Below are positions 9,348 to 18,126 of a DNA stretch of 64,000 nucleotides, piece after piece. Every line of letters begins with the position of its first letter. Within the stretch, counting starts at the first letter, position 1. Under the pieces are notes generated by a model, which did not search any database, had not been told where the DNA came from, and saw only the letters and a program-made list of their open reading frames with translations. The position numbers and the translations under genes are program-made. This stretch comes from an uncultured Candidatus Saccharibacteria bacterium. Its GTDB lineage: Bacteria > Patescibacteriota > Minisyncoccia > Phycocordibacterales > WO2-35-19. The DNA lies in assembly GCA_964548205.1 (NCBI GenBank), contig CAZJPJ010000002.1, forward strand, positions 69,737 through 133,736. Reading direction: 5' to 3'.

Positions 9348-9990
9348 ATCAAAAATTGCTGAATTGTCTTGGATGTTTTTTCTAATAGTGTTATTTGTCT
9401 TTTCGCTAAAACTGACCAAGAGTGGAGAACTTGCATCGGTACTTTCATCATTCGGATTTTTCGCCCCAATAGCTCTGGTTTTTTTGAAAGCCTCTACTCT
9501 TATTATCGCTCCGCTCGGTGGCTCCCCCCTCTATGTTATAGCAGGAGCTCTTTTTGGTACCAAACTCGGGTTGGTTATAGTGCTTTTAGGAGACATCTTG
9601 GGAAGCTTGGTTTGTTTCTTGCTCGGTCGCCGTTTTGGGGAAAGGGTAGTCGGCTATCTTGCAGGAGATAAATACATCAGAGAAATAAAAAAGATAACCG
9701 GGCTCTTGGATAGCACGAAAGGTTTTATGAAGGCACGACTTGCACTCATAACAATACCTGAGCTTCTCGCGTATGCTGCCGGTCTCTCCACTATAAATGT
9801 CGCAAAATTCATGTTGCTACATTCGATAGTATACGTACCAGTAGATATTATTTTTGTCTTCCTAGGAGAAAAGGTTGCCTCTACTTCTAGTCTGTATTTG
9901 TTTGTAGTTTATGGTATCGTATTTTTGTTGGCCCTATCCGGTTTTGCTTCTTTGTATAAAGATTATCATAGGGTAGATAATAGTGAGTAG
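9340..9990 (+). CDS. DedA/TVP38 family membrane protein
   Basis: Hydrophobic profile and G-x-x-G-rich motif region (LGDILGSLVCFLLGRRFG) typical of DedA/SNARE-associated proteins. Confidence 0.55.
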   Translation: MNKSKIAELSWMFFLIVLFVFSLKLTKSGELASVLSSFGFFAPIALVFLKASTLIIAPLGGSPLYVIAGALFGTKLGLVIVLLGDILGSLVCFLLGRRFGERVVGYLAGDKYIREIKKITGLLDSTKGFMKARLALITIPELLAYAAGLSTINVAKFMLLHSIVYVPVDIIFVFLGEKVASTSSLYLFVVYGIVFLLALSGFASLYKDYHRVDNSE

Positions 9991-10119
9991 ATTTTGGCGC
10001 TTTTTTTTGCTATAAATTTCTTACTACTGTTTTGCCGTTGTAGTGCAGCCCCGACGCTTGACTGCAAAGTGTTAGAGGGTTGGGGAGCCAACCGAAGCGT
10101 CGGCTTTGGTCCCATGAGA

Positions 10120-10192
10120 GCCGATATAGCTCAGGTAGTAGAGCATTCCCATGGTAAGGGAAAGGTCGTCAGTGCAAATCTGGCTATCGGCT
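10120..10192 (+). tRNA. tRNA-Thr (anticodon GGT), atypical T-loop
   Basis: Hand-folded cloverleaf: acceptor gccgata/tatcggc, D-stem gctc/gagc, anticodon stem ttccc/gggaa with loop atGGTaa, T-stem gtcag/ctggc. T-loop reads tgcaaat (G at position 55), which is unusual. Confidence 0.5.
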
Positions 10193-10311
10193 CTCACGGG
10201 ATAAATGTCGCACGCCCATGGCCTGCCCGACACGCAAGACGAGCTTGTGAGTCGTTGCGGGCGGGTAAGGGCGAATTCATCGGTCCAATCCCGATCAACG
10301 GTACTAGCGAT

Positions 10312-11181
10312 CTAACCAAGATTAAGTTGGCGGAGATATTTTTTGAATTCTACCCCTACTTCTTTGTGTTTGAGACCGAGTTCGACTGTGGCTTTGAGAA
10401 AGCCTAGTTTGCTACCACAATCATAACGTTTACCTTCAAACAGCAATCCGTATATAGGTTTCTTTTTTAGGTACTCCTTTAGAGCATTTGCCATTATCAC
10501 TTCGCCACTCTTGGTTCTCTTTTTTAATTTTTCTAATTCTTCAAAAATTTCAGGAGTAATAATAAATTTACCAGCACAAACCATGTCTGAAGGGGCTTCT
10601 GATACAGAAGGTTTTTCTACAATGTCGATTATTTTGTATACGTTGTCTGATATTTTTTTTGCTTTTACTACTCCGTATTTACTTACTTCTTTTTTGTCTA
10701 TTTTTTCTAAAGCAATCACAGGTGTGCCAAATTTTTGATGGACTTTGACCAACTGACTTATGACGGGGGTCTTGCTGTCTACCAAATCATCCCCAAACAT
10801 TACAGCCACGTTTTCATCTTCGCCCACCATGTGTCTTCCGCAAAGTATGGCATCGCCGTCTCCAAGGGGTTTGTTTTGTCTTATATAAGTAAATCTGGCT
10901 AGACTAGATATAGCCCTGACTTCTTCGAGAGTATTGTTCTTGTTCTTGAAAGAGAGGGCTAGTTCGAGTTCGGGGGAAAAGTCGAAATGATCTTCGATGG
11001 CTCTTTTGTTGCGGCCGGTTATAAATATCACATCCTTCATACCAGATTTTTTAGCCTCTTCGACCAGGTATTGTATTATCGGTTTGTCGATAATAGGCAA
11101 CATCTCTTTGGGTTGGGCTTTGGTGGCGGGGAGGAATCTGGTACCCAAACCAGCTACTGGTATTATCACTTTCTTTATCAT
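10312..11181 (-). CDS. galU: UTP--glucose-1-phosphate uridylyltransferase
   Basis: N-terminal PVAGLGTRFLPATKAQPKEMLPI and the LGDGDAIL region are canonical GalU motifs. Confidence 0.9.
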   Translation of the reverse strand: MIKKVIIPVAGLGTRFLPATKAQPKEMLPIIDKPIIQYLVEEAKKSGMKDVIFITGRNKRAIEDHFDFSPELELALSFKNKNNTLEEVRAISSLARFTYIRQNKPLGDGDAILCGRHMVGEDENVAVMFGDDLVDSKTPVISQLVKVHQKFGTPVIALEKIDKKEVSKYGVVKAKKISDNVYKIIDIVEKPSVSEAPSDMVCAGKFIITPEIFEELEKLKKRTKSGEVIMANALKEYLKKKPIYGLLFEGKRYDCGSKLGFLKATVELGLKHKEVGVEFKKYLRQLNLG

Positions 11182-11231
11182 TGCCCATAATGTAGCATCT
11201 TATAGAAGCATGTCTGTGGAGCTGTGGAAAA

Positions 11232-11305
11232 GCCGAAGTAGCTTAGTTGGTAAAGCAATGCTTTCGTAAAGCAGAGAGCGTGGGTTCAAGTCCCACCTTC
11301 GGCTC
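11232..11305 (+). tRNA. tRNA-Thr (anticodon CGT)
   Basis: Cloverleaf: acceptor gccgaag/cttcggc, D-arm gctt...aagc, anticodon loop ttCGTaa, T-arm gtggg-ttcaagt-cccac. Confidence 0.8.
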
Positions 11306-11307
11306 AT

Positions 11308-11336
11308 TTGACAAAAAAACTATTTGTATATAGTAT
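11308..11336 (+). promoter_or_regulatory. Sigma70-like promoter immediately downstream of tRNA-Thr
   Basis: Perfect -35 TTGACA (11308-11313) followed by a TA-rich -10 region (tatagt/tagtat) at 15-17 bp spacing. Confidence 0.45.
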
Positions 11337-11342
11337 TGAGTA

Positions 11343-11495
11343 CGTTGGGGTGGGATCCTCAAAAGCTTACTAGATGAGCCTCTGGGACGTTGGGGACGCT
11401 CTGAGGCGCCATCTCAAGTTCCGAGGATCACCACCTCACACAAGCAAGTTCTTCCACGGCTGTGGATAACGGACTTGCTTTTTTTGTGCTTTTGT
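11343..11495 (+). ncRNA. Candidate small RNA (~150 nt) between tRNA-Thr and prfB
   Basis: GC-rich and hairpin-dense (ggtgggatcctc pairs with gaggatcaccacc). Ends in a terminator: gcaagt-[tccac ggc tgtgga]-acttgc plus 7 Ts at about 11441-11492. Confidence 0.4.
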
Positions 11496-11548
11496 ATATA
11501 GTGGAATCAAAGATTCTTAGTTCCCTTGGGGGAACTTGAGATGGCGCA

Positions 11549-11585
11549 GGGGCCGGACACATTACAGGTTCGGCCCTTTCTATTT
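11549..11585 (+). terminator. Second rho-independent terminator upstream of prfB
   Basis: gggccg / cggccc stem followed by tttctatttgtttgttttg. Confidence 0.5.
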
Positions 11586-11650
11586 GTTTGTTTTGTTTGT
11601 TGCCAATTTTGCCTATAATTTCACAACATATATCTGCTATACTCTCTAGT

Positions 11651-12544
11651 ATGAATAATATGAGCAAAGAGGAGATTGGAAGCAGAATAAAAGAAATAGA
11701 AGGGCAGATGGAGAACCCGCGGTTTTGGGAAGATAAGACTCGTGCTCAGCTTATCGTCAAGGAATACCAATCTCTAAAGGCAAAGCTAGAAGGTAGTGGT
11801 GGGTACGAAAGCGGAGGAGCAGTCATGACTATATTTAGCGGTGCGGGGGGAGATGATAGCGAAGACTTCAGTGCCGTGTTGCTACACATGTATAAGAAAT
11901 ATTTTGAGAAGCAAGGTTGGAGCTTTTTTATTGTGCACCAAAACCAGAATGATCATGGTGGATATAGGAATGTGACAGTAGAGATAGATGGCAAGGGGGC
12001 ATACGGCGCTCTCAAGCATGAATCTGGTGTACATCGACTGGTCCGTATCTCTCCTTTCAATGCCAACAAAAAGCGACACACCAGCTTTAGTATGGTGGAG
12101 GTAATACCAAAATTCGAGGAACAAAGCGAGAGCGATATAAAGCTCAAAGACGATGATCTGAAAATAGAACTTTCTCGATCGAGTGGTCCGGGGGGGCAAA
12201 ATGTAAATAAGAGAGAGACGGCTGTCAGGATAGTGCATGTACCAACGGGACTTTCTGCTCATGTAGATGAAGAGCGCAGTCAGGCGGCCAACAAAGAAAA
12301 AGCTTTGGCCATACTAAAAGCGAAGATATTCAAGGCTTTGGAGGAGAAAAGAATAAGCGAAGAGGAAGGTATGTATATATCCAAGACTACTCAGGTGGAG
12401 TGGGGCAACCAGATACGTTCTTATGTGCTGCACCCATACAAAATGGTAAAAGATCATAGGACAAATACTGAAACTAGCGATGTGGATGGAGTGCTTGAAG
12501 ATGGAGATATACAAATATTTGTGGATGCAGAGAAAAAACTTTGA
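11651..12544 (+). CDS. prfB: Peptide chain release factor 2
   Basis: GGQ motif (SGPGGQNVNK) and SPF tripeptide (RISPFNANKKRHTSF) mark RF2. ORF track starts at 11588, but a likely start is MNNMSKEE at 11651. No in-frame UGA frameshift site seen. Confidence 0.85.
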   Translation: MNNMSKEEIGSRIKEIEGQMENPRFWEDKTRAQLIVKEYQSLKAKLEGSGGYESGGAVMTIFSGAGGDDSEDFSAVLLHMYKKYFEKQGWSFFIVHQNQNDHGGYRNVTVEIDGKGAYGALKHESGVHRLVRISPFNANKKRHTSFSMVEVIPKFEEQSESDIKLKDDDLKIELSRSSGPGGQNVNKRETAVRIVHVPTGLSAHVDEERSQAANKEKALAILKAKIFKALEEKRISEEEGMYISKTTQVEWGNQIRSYVLHPYKMVKDHRTNTETSDVDGVLEDGDIQIFVDAEKKL

Positions 12545-12559
12545 TAGAATATCTGGGTA

Positions 12560-13240
12560 ATGATTCTTTTTGATAATGTTTCGAAGAGGTACAACGGTGA
12601 CTTCCCAGCTCTCAGCAAGGTTTCTTTTGAGGTCGTACCAAATGAATTTGTCTCTATAGTGGGCTCTTCTGGGGCTGGTAAGACCACACTCCTTAAGATG
12701 CTCATAGCTGAAGACAGACCTACAGAAGGCAAGGTTTTGCTTGAAGGTACAGATGTCCACACTCTTTCCGGAGAAGACATCAATAACCTCAGAAGAAAAA
12801 TTGGAGCAGTTTTTCAAGATTTTAGACTTATTCCACAGAAAAATGTTTTTGAAAACATTGCTTTTGCAATGGAGGCCGCTGGACGTAGTGATGAAGAGAT
12901 CGAGTCCGATGTGCCGCATGTATTAGAACTTGTGGACCTTGGTCCAAAGATATGGAACTTTCCACACGAACTATCTGGTGGAGAGAAGCAAAGGGTGGCC
13001 ATAGCTCGTGCTATAGTAAATCAGCCTGATATTATTATTGCAGACGAACCAACTGGTAATCTTGATCCGGCCAATACTTACGACATAGTCCAGATCTTCA
13101 AAAAGATAAACGATCTTGGCACTACCGTAATATTGACTACTCACAACAAAGGAGTGGTAGATTCGATAGGTAAGAGGGTTATAACTATGCAGGATGGTAA
13201 AATAATAAGAGACGATGTAAGTGGGAAATATATTTTATAG
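12560..13240 (+). CDS. ftsE: Cell division ATP-binding protein FtsE
   Basis: Walker A GSSGAGKTT, ABC signature LSGGEKQRVAIARA, Walker B IIIADEPTGNLD. Followed by ftsX. Confidence 0.9.
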   Translation: MILFDNVSKRYNGDFPALSKVSFEVVPNEFVSIVGSSGAGKTTLLKMLIAEDRPTEGKVLLEGTDVHTLSGEDINNLRRKIGAVFQDFRLIPQKNVFENIAFAMEAAGRSDEEIESDVPHVLELVDLGPKIWNFPHELSGGEKQRVAIARAIVNQPDIIIADEPTGNLDPANTYDIVQIFKKINDLGTTVILTTHNKGVVDSIGKRVITMQDGKIIRDDVSGKYIL

Positions 13241-13309
13241 CTTATAGATTTTAGCTTTTGGCTTTTAGTCCGACTAGAAGCTAGAAGCTAGTAACTAAAA
13301 GCTAGATAT

Positions 13310-14248
13310 ATGGAGCAAGCAAGTTTTAAAACAAAATTTAATAGAGTTGTGAAGTCTGGTTTTTTCAACTTTTGGAGGAGTGGCTACGTCTCTTTGGCTT
13401 CTGTGGTCGTGATGACAGTCACTCTTTTTGTGATGGGCTCTGTTATCTTTCTTGGAGCGATACTCAACACTACTCTTGAAACAATAAGGAATAAGGTAGA
13501 TGTCAATGTGTACTTTTTGGTTAGTGCGGATGAATCAAGTATTCTCTCGCTCAAAACAAAGATAGAAGCTTTACCAGAAATAAAAAGCGTCGAGTACGTC
13601 AGTCGTGAGATGGCTCTAGAAAACTTTATAGCGAGGCATGCCGATGATCAGGTAACTCTCCAAGCTTTAGAAGAGCTTGGCGAAAACCCACTTGGTGCTG
13701 TCTTGAATATAAGGGCAAAAGAACCTTCGAGCTACGAGTCGTTGGCAGATTTTCTCGGAGAGGAAAAAATACTTTCAACAGATGGCGAAAAAATAATAGA
13801 CAAAATAAACTATTTTGAGAACAAAGAGGCCATAGATCAGCTTTCTAGGATCACTGATTCGGCTGGCAGATTGGGCTCGATGCTCTCTATAGTGCTTGTG
13901 ATCGTATCTATTATCATTACTTTCAATACAGTCAGGCTTGCTATATATGTTTCGAGAGAGGAGATAAGTGTCATGCAGCTCGTGGGGGCTAGCAAGAATT
14001 ATATTCGCGGCCCATTTGTGGTCACTGGTATTATTGACGGTCTTGTTTCAGCGCTTCTCACCATAGTTCTGTTTTTCCCTTTGCTATATTGGCTAGGGGG
14101 TGTGACAGAAGATTTCTTTATTGGACTCAATGTTTATAACTATTACCTATCAAATATCATACAGATAGCCGGCATAATACTAGTATCTGGTGTCTGTATA
14201 GGAGCAGTCTCTAGTTTCCTTGCAGTACGTAAGTATCTTAAGTTATAA
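13310..14248 (+). CDS. ftsX: Cell division permease FtsX
   Basis: Four-TM FtsX-like topology with a large periplasmic loop, directly downstream of ftsE. Confidence 0.8.
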   Translation: MEQASFKTKFNRVVKSGFFNFWRSGYVSLASVVVMTVTLFVMGSVIFLGAILNTTLETIRNKVDVNVYFLVSADESSILSLKTKIEALPEIKSVEYVSREMALENFIARHADDQVTLQALEELGENPLGAVLNIRAKEPSSYESLADFLGEEKILSTDGEKIIDKINYFENKEAIDQLSRITDSAGRLGSMLSIVLVIVSIIITFNTVRLAIYVSREEISVMQLVGASKNYIRGPFVVTGIIDGLVSALLTIVLFFPLLYWLGGVTEDFFIGLNVYNYYLSNIIQIAGIILVSGVCIGAVSSFLAVRKYLKL

Positions 14249-14270
14249 ATATGCAGTAAAGAAATCGTAA

Positions 14271-15944
14271 ATGAAGAAAGATCACAAGTATATATTTGTT
14301 GTAGGTGGTGTGATGTCTGGTGTTGGTAAGGGGATAACAACTTCAGCGATCGGAACGATCTTGCAATCGAAAGGTTTTAGAGTCTCCCTTATAAAGGCTG
14401 ATCCGTATCTGAATGTAGATGCAGGTACCATGAACCCCACTGAGCATGGGGAAGTTTTTGTATTGGACAGTGGCCTTGAGACTGACCAAGACATGGGTAA
14501 CTATGAGCGATTCCTAAACAAGTCATTGCCGAGCGAAAACTATATGACAAACGGCATGATATTCAAGTATGTCATCGACAAAGAAAGAGCTCTTGGTTAT
14601 AGGGGTAAATGTGTAGAGCCAGTCTATCATATTACCGAAGAGATCCTTAGACGTATCAAAAAATCAGTCGAGAAAAATAATTCAGAAATTACTGTTTTCG
14701 AAATAGGTGGCACTGTCGGAGAGTATCAGAATGCTATCTTCTTAGAAGCGGCGAGGATGCTTAAAATCAAGCATCCTAAGGATGTCATGTTTGTTATGGT
14801 GAGTTATCTACCTGTGCCGGGTAAAATCGGCGAAATGAAAACCAAGCCGACTCAGAATGCAGTGAGGCAACTAAATTCTTATGGGATAAATGCGGACATG
14901 ATAATAGCGAGAAGTGAAGTACCTCTAGACCATAAAAGAAAAGAGAAGATTGCTCTGGCTACAGGGGTGATGGCCGAAAATGTTATCAGTGCTCCAGATA
15001 TAGATAGTATTTATGAAGTGCCGATAAACTTCGAAAAAGACGGTCTTTCAGAACGAGTTTTAGAATATTTTGACCTCGTACCTCGACAAAAGGATCTGAA
15101 GGAGTGGAGGGCGATGGTGGGGAAGATAAAGTCCGCCAAGAAAGAGATAAGGGTAGCAGTAGTCGGTAAGTATTTTGATACAGGAGATTTCGTACTCTCA
15201 GACGCTTATATATCGGTGATAGAGGCAGTCAAGTTTTCGGCTTTTTCCCAAGGAGCTAAGGTTGTACTTTCTTGGATAAATTCTAAAGAATACGAAGTTA
15301 ACCCAAACAAAGTCAAAGAACTCAAAAACTTTGACGGCATTATCGTACCCGGCGGTTTTGGTGAGTCTGGTATAGAGGGGGTAATATCTGCGATAAAATT
15401 TGCTAGGGAAAATAAGATACCGTACCTTGGGCTTTGCTACGGTATGCAGCTTGCTGTCATCGAGTTTGCTCGCAATGTTTGTGGCATGAAGGACGCGCAC
15501 ACAAGGGAAGTAAACCCAGAGTCGAAGCACTTGGTCATAGATGTGATGCCGGATCAGCGAAAGAAGATAGAGATGGGAGAGATGGGAGGCAGTATGAGGC
15601 TCGGGGCTTATGAAGCGATAGTAAAGATGGGTACAATAGCTGATAGTGCCTACAAGAAATTTTATAAAAAAGACTATAAGAAAAAAGGAATTTTCGGTAT
15701 TATCTCCGAACGACATCGCCATAGATTTGAAGTCAATCCGGATTTTATAGAGGAGATAGAAAAGAACGGGCTTGTCTTTAGCGCCACTTCGCCAAATGGC
15801 AACCTGATGGAGATAGCAGAGTTGCCCAAGAGTAAGCACCCGTTCTTTCTCGGTTGCCAATTTCACCCAGAACTCAAGGCTCGACCGCTCTCACCTCATC
15901 CACTTTTTAGTGCATTTGTAGAGGCAATACTGAAGAAAGGGTAG
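14271..15944 (+). CDS. pyrG: CTP synthase
   Basis: N-terminal synthetase domain (GGVMSGVGKGITTSAIG) and C-terminal class-I glutamine amidotransferase (GLCYGMQ, HPE). Confidence 0.95.
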   Translation: MKKDHKYIFVVGGVMSGVGKGITTSAIGTILQSKGFRVSLIKADPYLNVDAGTMNPTEHGEVFVLDSGLETDQDMGNYERFLNKSLPSENYMTNGMIFKYVIDKERALGYRGKCVEPVYHITEEILRRIKKSVEKNNSEITVFEIGGTVGEYQNAIFLEAARMLKIKHPKDVMFVMVSYLPVPGKIGEMKTKPTQNAVRQLNSYGINADMIIARSEVPLDHKRKEKIALATGVMAENVISAPDIDSIYEVPINFEKDGLSERVLEYFDLVPRQKDLKEWRAMVGKIKSAKKEIRVAVVGKYFDTGDFVLSDAYISVIEAVKFSAFSQGAKVVLSWINSKEYEVNPNKVKELKNFDGIIVPGGFGESGIEGVISAIKFARENKIPYLGLCYGMQLAVIEFARNVCGMKDAHTREVNPESKHLVIDVMPDQRKKIEMGEMGGSMRLGAYEAIVKMGTIADSAYKKFYKKDYKKKGIFGIISERHRHRFEVNPDFIEEIEKNGLVFSATSPNGNLMEIAELPKSKHPFFLGCQFHPELKARPLSPHPLFSAFVEAILKKG

Positions 15945-16036
15945 TTGACTTTACAAAAGTCGGCGATTATAATTTTCTCAAATGATGACAATTCCGATCT
16001 CCCTGGTCGGAGGGAGTCGTAATGTCACAAACTTGA

Positions 16037-16092
16037 GGGGTGAAGCGTAGGATTCAAGCCTTCTGCACTTCACCCCCCAGGTTGTTTTTTTT
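16037..16092 (+). terminator. Rho-independent terminator of pyrG
   Basis: ggggtgaag/cttcacccc stem followed by ttttttttatt. Confidence 0.6.
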
Positions 16093-16093
16093 A

Positions 16094-16121
16094 TTCAAAT
16101 TTTTTGAGATATTGGTATAAT
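16094..16121 (+). promoter_or_regulatory. Extended -10 promoter (TTCAAA-N16-TGgTATAAT)
   Basis: ttcaaa at 16094-16099, 16-nt spacer, TG-extended tataat at 16116-16121. Confidence 0.45.
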
Positions 16122-16127
16122 TTAACT

Positions 16128-16208
16128 ATAGACGAGTTTGCCACTTAATGTGGCAAGGGGTGTCGGTATATCCCTGGGCCCGGCACCCTTATTTTTTTGT
16201 GTTTATTT
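16128..16208 (+). ncRNA. Candidate sRNA 1 (~80 nt)
   Basis: Starts ~7 nt after the -10. Two hairpins (ttgccac/gtggcaa; gggtgtcgg/ccggcaccc), then ttattttttt. Confidence 0.35.
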
Positions 16209-16229
16209 TATCATTGTGTATTATGTACT

Positions 16230-16326
16230 TGTAGGCTTCTGTTACCGCAGAAGTTGTGCGGCTGGATGTGGTGACTCGAGGATTCTATCCTTCTCCTCCG
16301 TTTCGAGTCACCTGCCAGCTTTTTTG
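16230..16326 (+). ncRNA. Candidate sRNA 2 or second terminator structure
   Basis: Hairpin cttctg/cagaag, then long hairpin gctgg..gtgactcga/tcgagtcac..ccagc followed by tttttt. The 80-aa ORF called here has no support. Confidence 0.25.
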
Positions 16327-16405
16327 TTGGTAAAAATGTTTATCACGAACTGGCCGTCTGACTTGCCTGCCGGTAGGTAGGGATAATATTAGAACAAGTT
16401 TAATA

Positions 16406-16780
16406 TTAGACTGGTCTATTATAAAACTCTAATCTATACCCATTTGGGTCATCAAACCAAATAAACTCTTTATTCCCGTACTTATCTATCTGGATACCAC
16501 TATTTTTAATATTTGCTTGGTTAAGAGCGTTTTCAAATTCTTTTAGTTCTTCAGTGCTACGGACGCCAAATGCTAGATGGTTGAGTCCAGTCATGTCTTT
16601 ATCAAAAGTAGCCCATTCTTTATAAGGAAGTCCAAAGAATATTTTTGTTTCTCCTATTTTATAAGAAACTGAATCTTCTCCGATGTGTTCTGGCTTACCT
16701 AAAAAATTAGTATAAAACTTTTCAGTTTCCTGAACGTTTTTAATTATTAAAACTATGTGATCTATAAATTTTGGTGTCAT
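16406..16780 (-). CDS. VOC/glyoxalase-bleomycin resistance family protein
   Basis: 124 aa, paired beta-alpha-beta-beta-beta modules typical of the glyoxalase I fold (HIVLIIKNVQETEKFY ... HLAFGV). Confidence 0.65.
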   Translation of the reverse strand: MTPKFIDHIVLIIKNVQETEKFYTNFLGKPEHIGEDSVSYKIGETKIFFGLPYKEWATFDKDMTGLNHLAFGVRSTEELKEFENALNQANIKNSGIQIDKYGNKEFIWFDDPNGYRLEFYNRPV

Positions 16781-17525
16781 ATTTGTTAGATTTTAATTTA
16801 TTTTTTGTTATTTTATTAATTATTTTTTGTGAAAAATTAAAAAAGGTTTCTCTAAATGACATATATTCATCGTGAGTAAGCTTGATGCTTTTCTTATCAG
16901 TATAATTATGACTTTTTATATCTCTTATTTGATTTAAAAAAGCATGATCAACTTTGCTATTGTTGTGTATTATAATATTTCTTAAGGCTTGTCCTAAAAT
17001 TATTAAATTTTTTTCTTTTTCCAGCAAATCAATATCTAATTCAAAATATTCTCTTAAAAATCTTAAGGTTGCTTGTAGGTCTTGAAAATTAACCTCTCCT
17101 CTTAATGAATTAAGTACTAAATCTCCCACGGTTGGATTTGAGTAGCGAAGTAAAGTGACATCAACATGCAATTTATTTTTCTTCTCAGGCCATTTAATCA
17201 GATGAGGATATTTATCTATAATTGATTTTGTTAGATCATTTAAAAAAGACTCAAAATTTTCAACTAATAAAACTAATGCTTGGTTATAGATAACCTGATA
17301 TTTTGCTATTAAAGATGAATGATTCTTTATGTTTTTAATCGTTTCAATTATGGTATCGAGCTTATTTTTATATTCAAGAAACGCTGGCATCTTTTCATAT
17401 TGTGTTTTTAAATTTTCCAATATGGATACAACCAAACCTCCTACATCACTACCGATATTAACGATTTGATCTACTAATTTTAGATTTTCTTCAAATTTTT
17501 CTTTTATGATTTTTAAATCGTCCAT
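16740..17525 (-). CDS. Hypothetical protein with HEPN-like R-x4-H motif (possible Abi-type RNase)
   Basis: 261 aa in a very AT-rich gene. C-terminal half has LGQALRNIIIHNNSKVDHAF (R-x4-H, the HEPN catalytic signature). Domain assignment is inference only. Confidence 0.4.
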   Translation of the reverse strand: MDDLKIIKEKFEENLKLVDQIVNIGSDVGGLVVSILENLKTQYEKMPAFLEYKNKLDTIIETIKNIKNHSSLIAKYQVIYNQALVLLVENFESFLNDLTKSIIDKYPHLIKWPEKKNKLHVDVTLLRYSNPTVGDLVLNSLRGEVNFQDLQATLRFLREYFELDIDLLEKEKNLIILGQALRNIIIHNNSKVDHAFLNQIRDIKSHNYTDKKSIKLTHDEYMSFRETFFNFSQKIINKITKNKLKSNKYDTKIYRSHSFNN

Positions 17526-17531
17526 GACATT

Positions 17532-17960
17532 TTATGGCAATAATTCTTTGTATTTTTTTAGTACTTTTTTAATCTCTTTATCATTTAAATCTCGCATTTT
17601 GATTAATGAAAGCGAAGCAACAATAACAGAAAGTATAGCTGAAATTAAATCTATGCCGGTTAAAGATATATTGATAGCAAAACCAGAAAGCCATTGAAAG
17701 ATAGCTTTTAGAACTGGAAATACAACTACTAGTGTACCTATAGCAGTAAGAGCCATCATTATTAGTTGGATCTTATAGTTTGCAATTTCAAGCTTCTCTG
17801 AATGTTCGTTAGATATTTCTATTGTTTTCTGTAGCTTCTTTAAAGTTCGTCTTGTTAGCTCATCAGAGGCAAGCACCGTAAAAGTTGGGCTAAGTTCGTT
17901 AACCATATACATCAGCTGGTCATCTGTTGCATCCTCCAATTTAGGAGAAAAATTGCTCAT
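17532..17960 (-). CDS. Hypothetical membrane protein, upstream partner of the HEPN-like gene
   Basis: 142 aa with a charged N-terminal region then 2-3 TM helices. Stop is 7 bp from the HEPN-like start, so the two look like an operon. Confidence 0.5.
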   Translation of the reverse strand: MSNFSPKLEDATDDQLMYMVNELSPTFTVLASDELTRRTLKKLQKTIEISNEHSEKLEIANYKIQLIMMALTAIGTLVVVFPVLKAIFQWLSGFAINISLTGIDLISAILSVIVASLSLIKMRDLNDKEIKKVLKKYKELLP

Positions 17961-18126
17961 GTATGAAAAATACCACTCTGTTAGTCTTCTGTCTAATGTT
18001 TGTTATATATAAACCTATTCGTATTTTTATGTTTTATAACTATGCAGACAATTAAATTCGTAGTCCAGACACTCTTCGATTATTGCATAACTTGGTTGGC
18101 AGTCTACCTTTCCTTAAGCTTCAGAT

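Noticed and set aside
9994-10407. 137-aa ORF in the six-frame track
   Set aside because: It overlaps a well-folding tRNA-Thr and GC-rich hairpin DNA and runs antisense into galU. It is open only because the region is GC-rich.
11340-11590. tmRNA, RNase P RNA, SRP RNA or 6S RNA identity for the structured region
   Set aside because: No tRNA-like 3' end (GGTTCGAATCC...ACCA), no RNase P P4 motifs (AGGAAAGTCCGG / ACAGAACCCGGCTTA), and no SRP GGAAGCAGCC-type domain IV that I could match by eye.
11588-11650. N-terminal extension MFCLLPILPIISQHISAILSS on prfB, and a programmed +1 frameshift site
   Set aside because: The extension is hydrophobic and overlaps a terminator. No CTT TGA C shifty stop is present upstream of the conserved RF2 core, so I call an uninterrupted ORF from 11651.
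12314-12919. 201-aa minus-strand ORF
   Set aside because: It is antisense to the ends of prfB and ftsE and has low-complexity composition with no RBS.
16138-16380. 80-aa plus-strand ORF
   Set aside because: It spans three terminator-like hairpins and a promoter, with no RBS. This is better explained as non-coding RNA.
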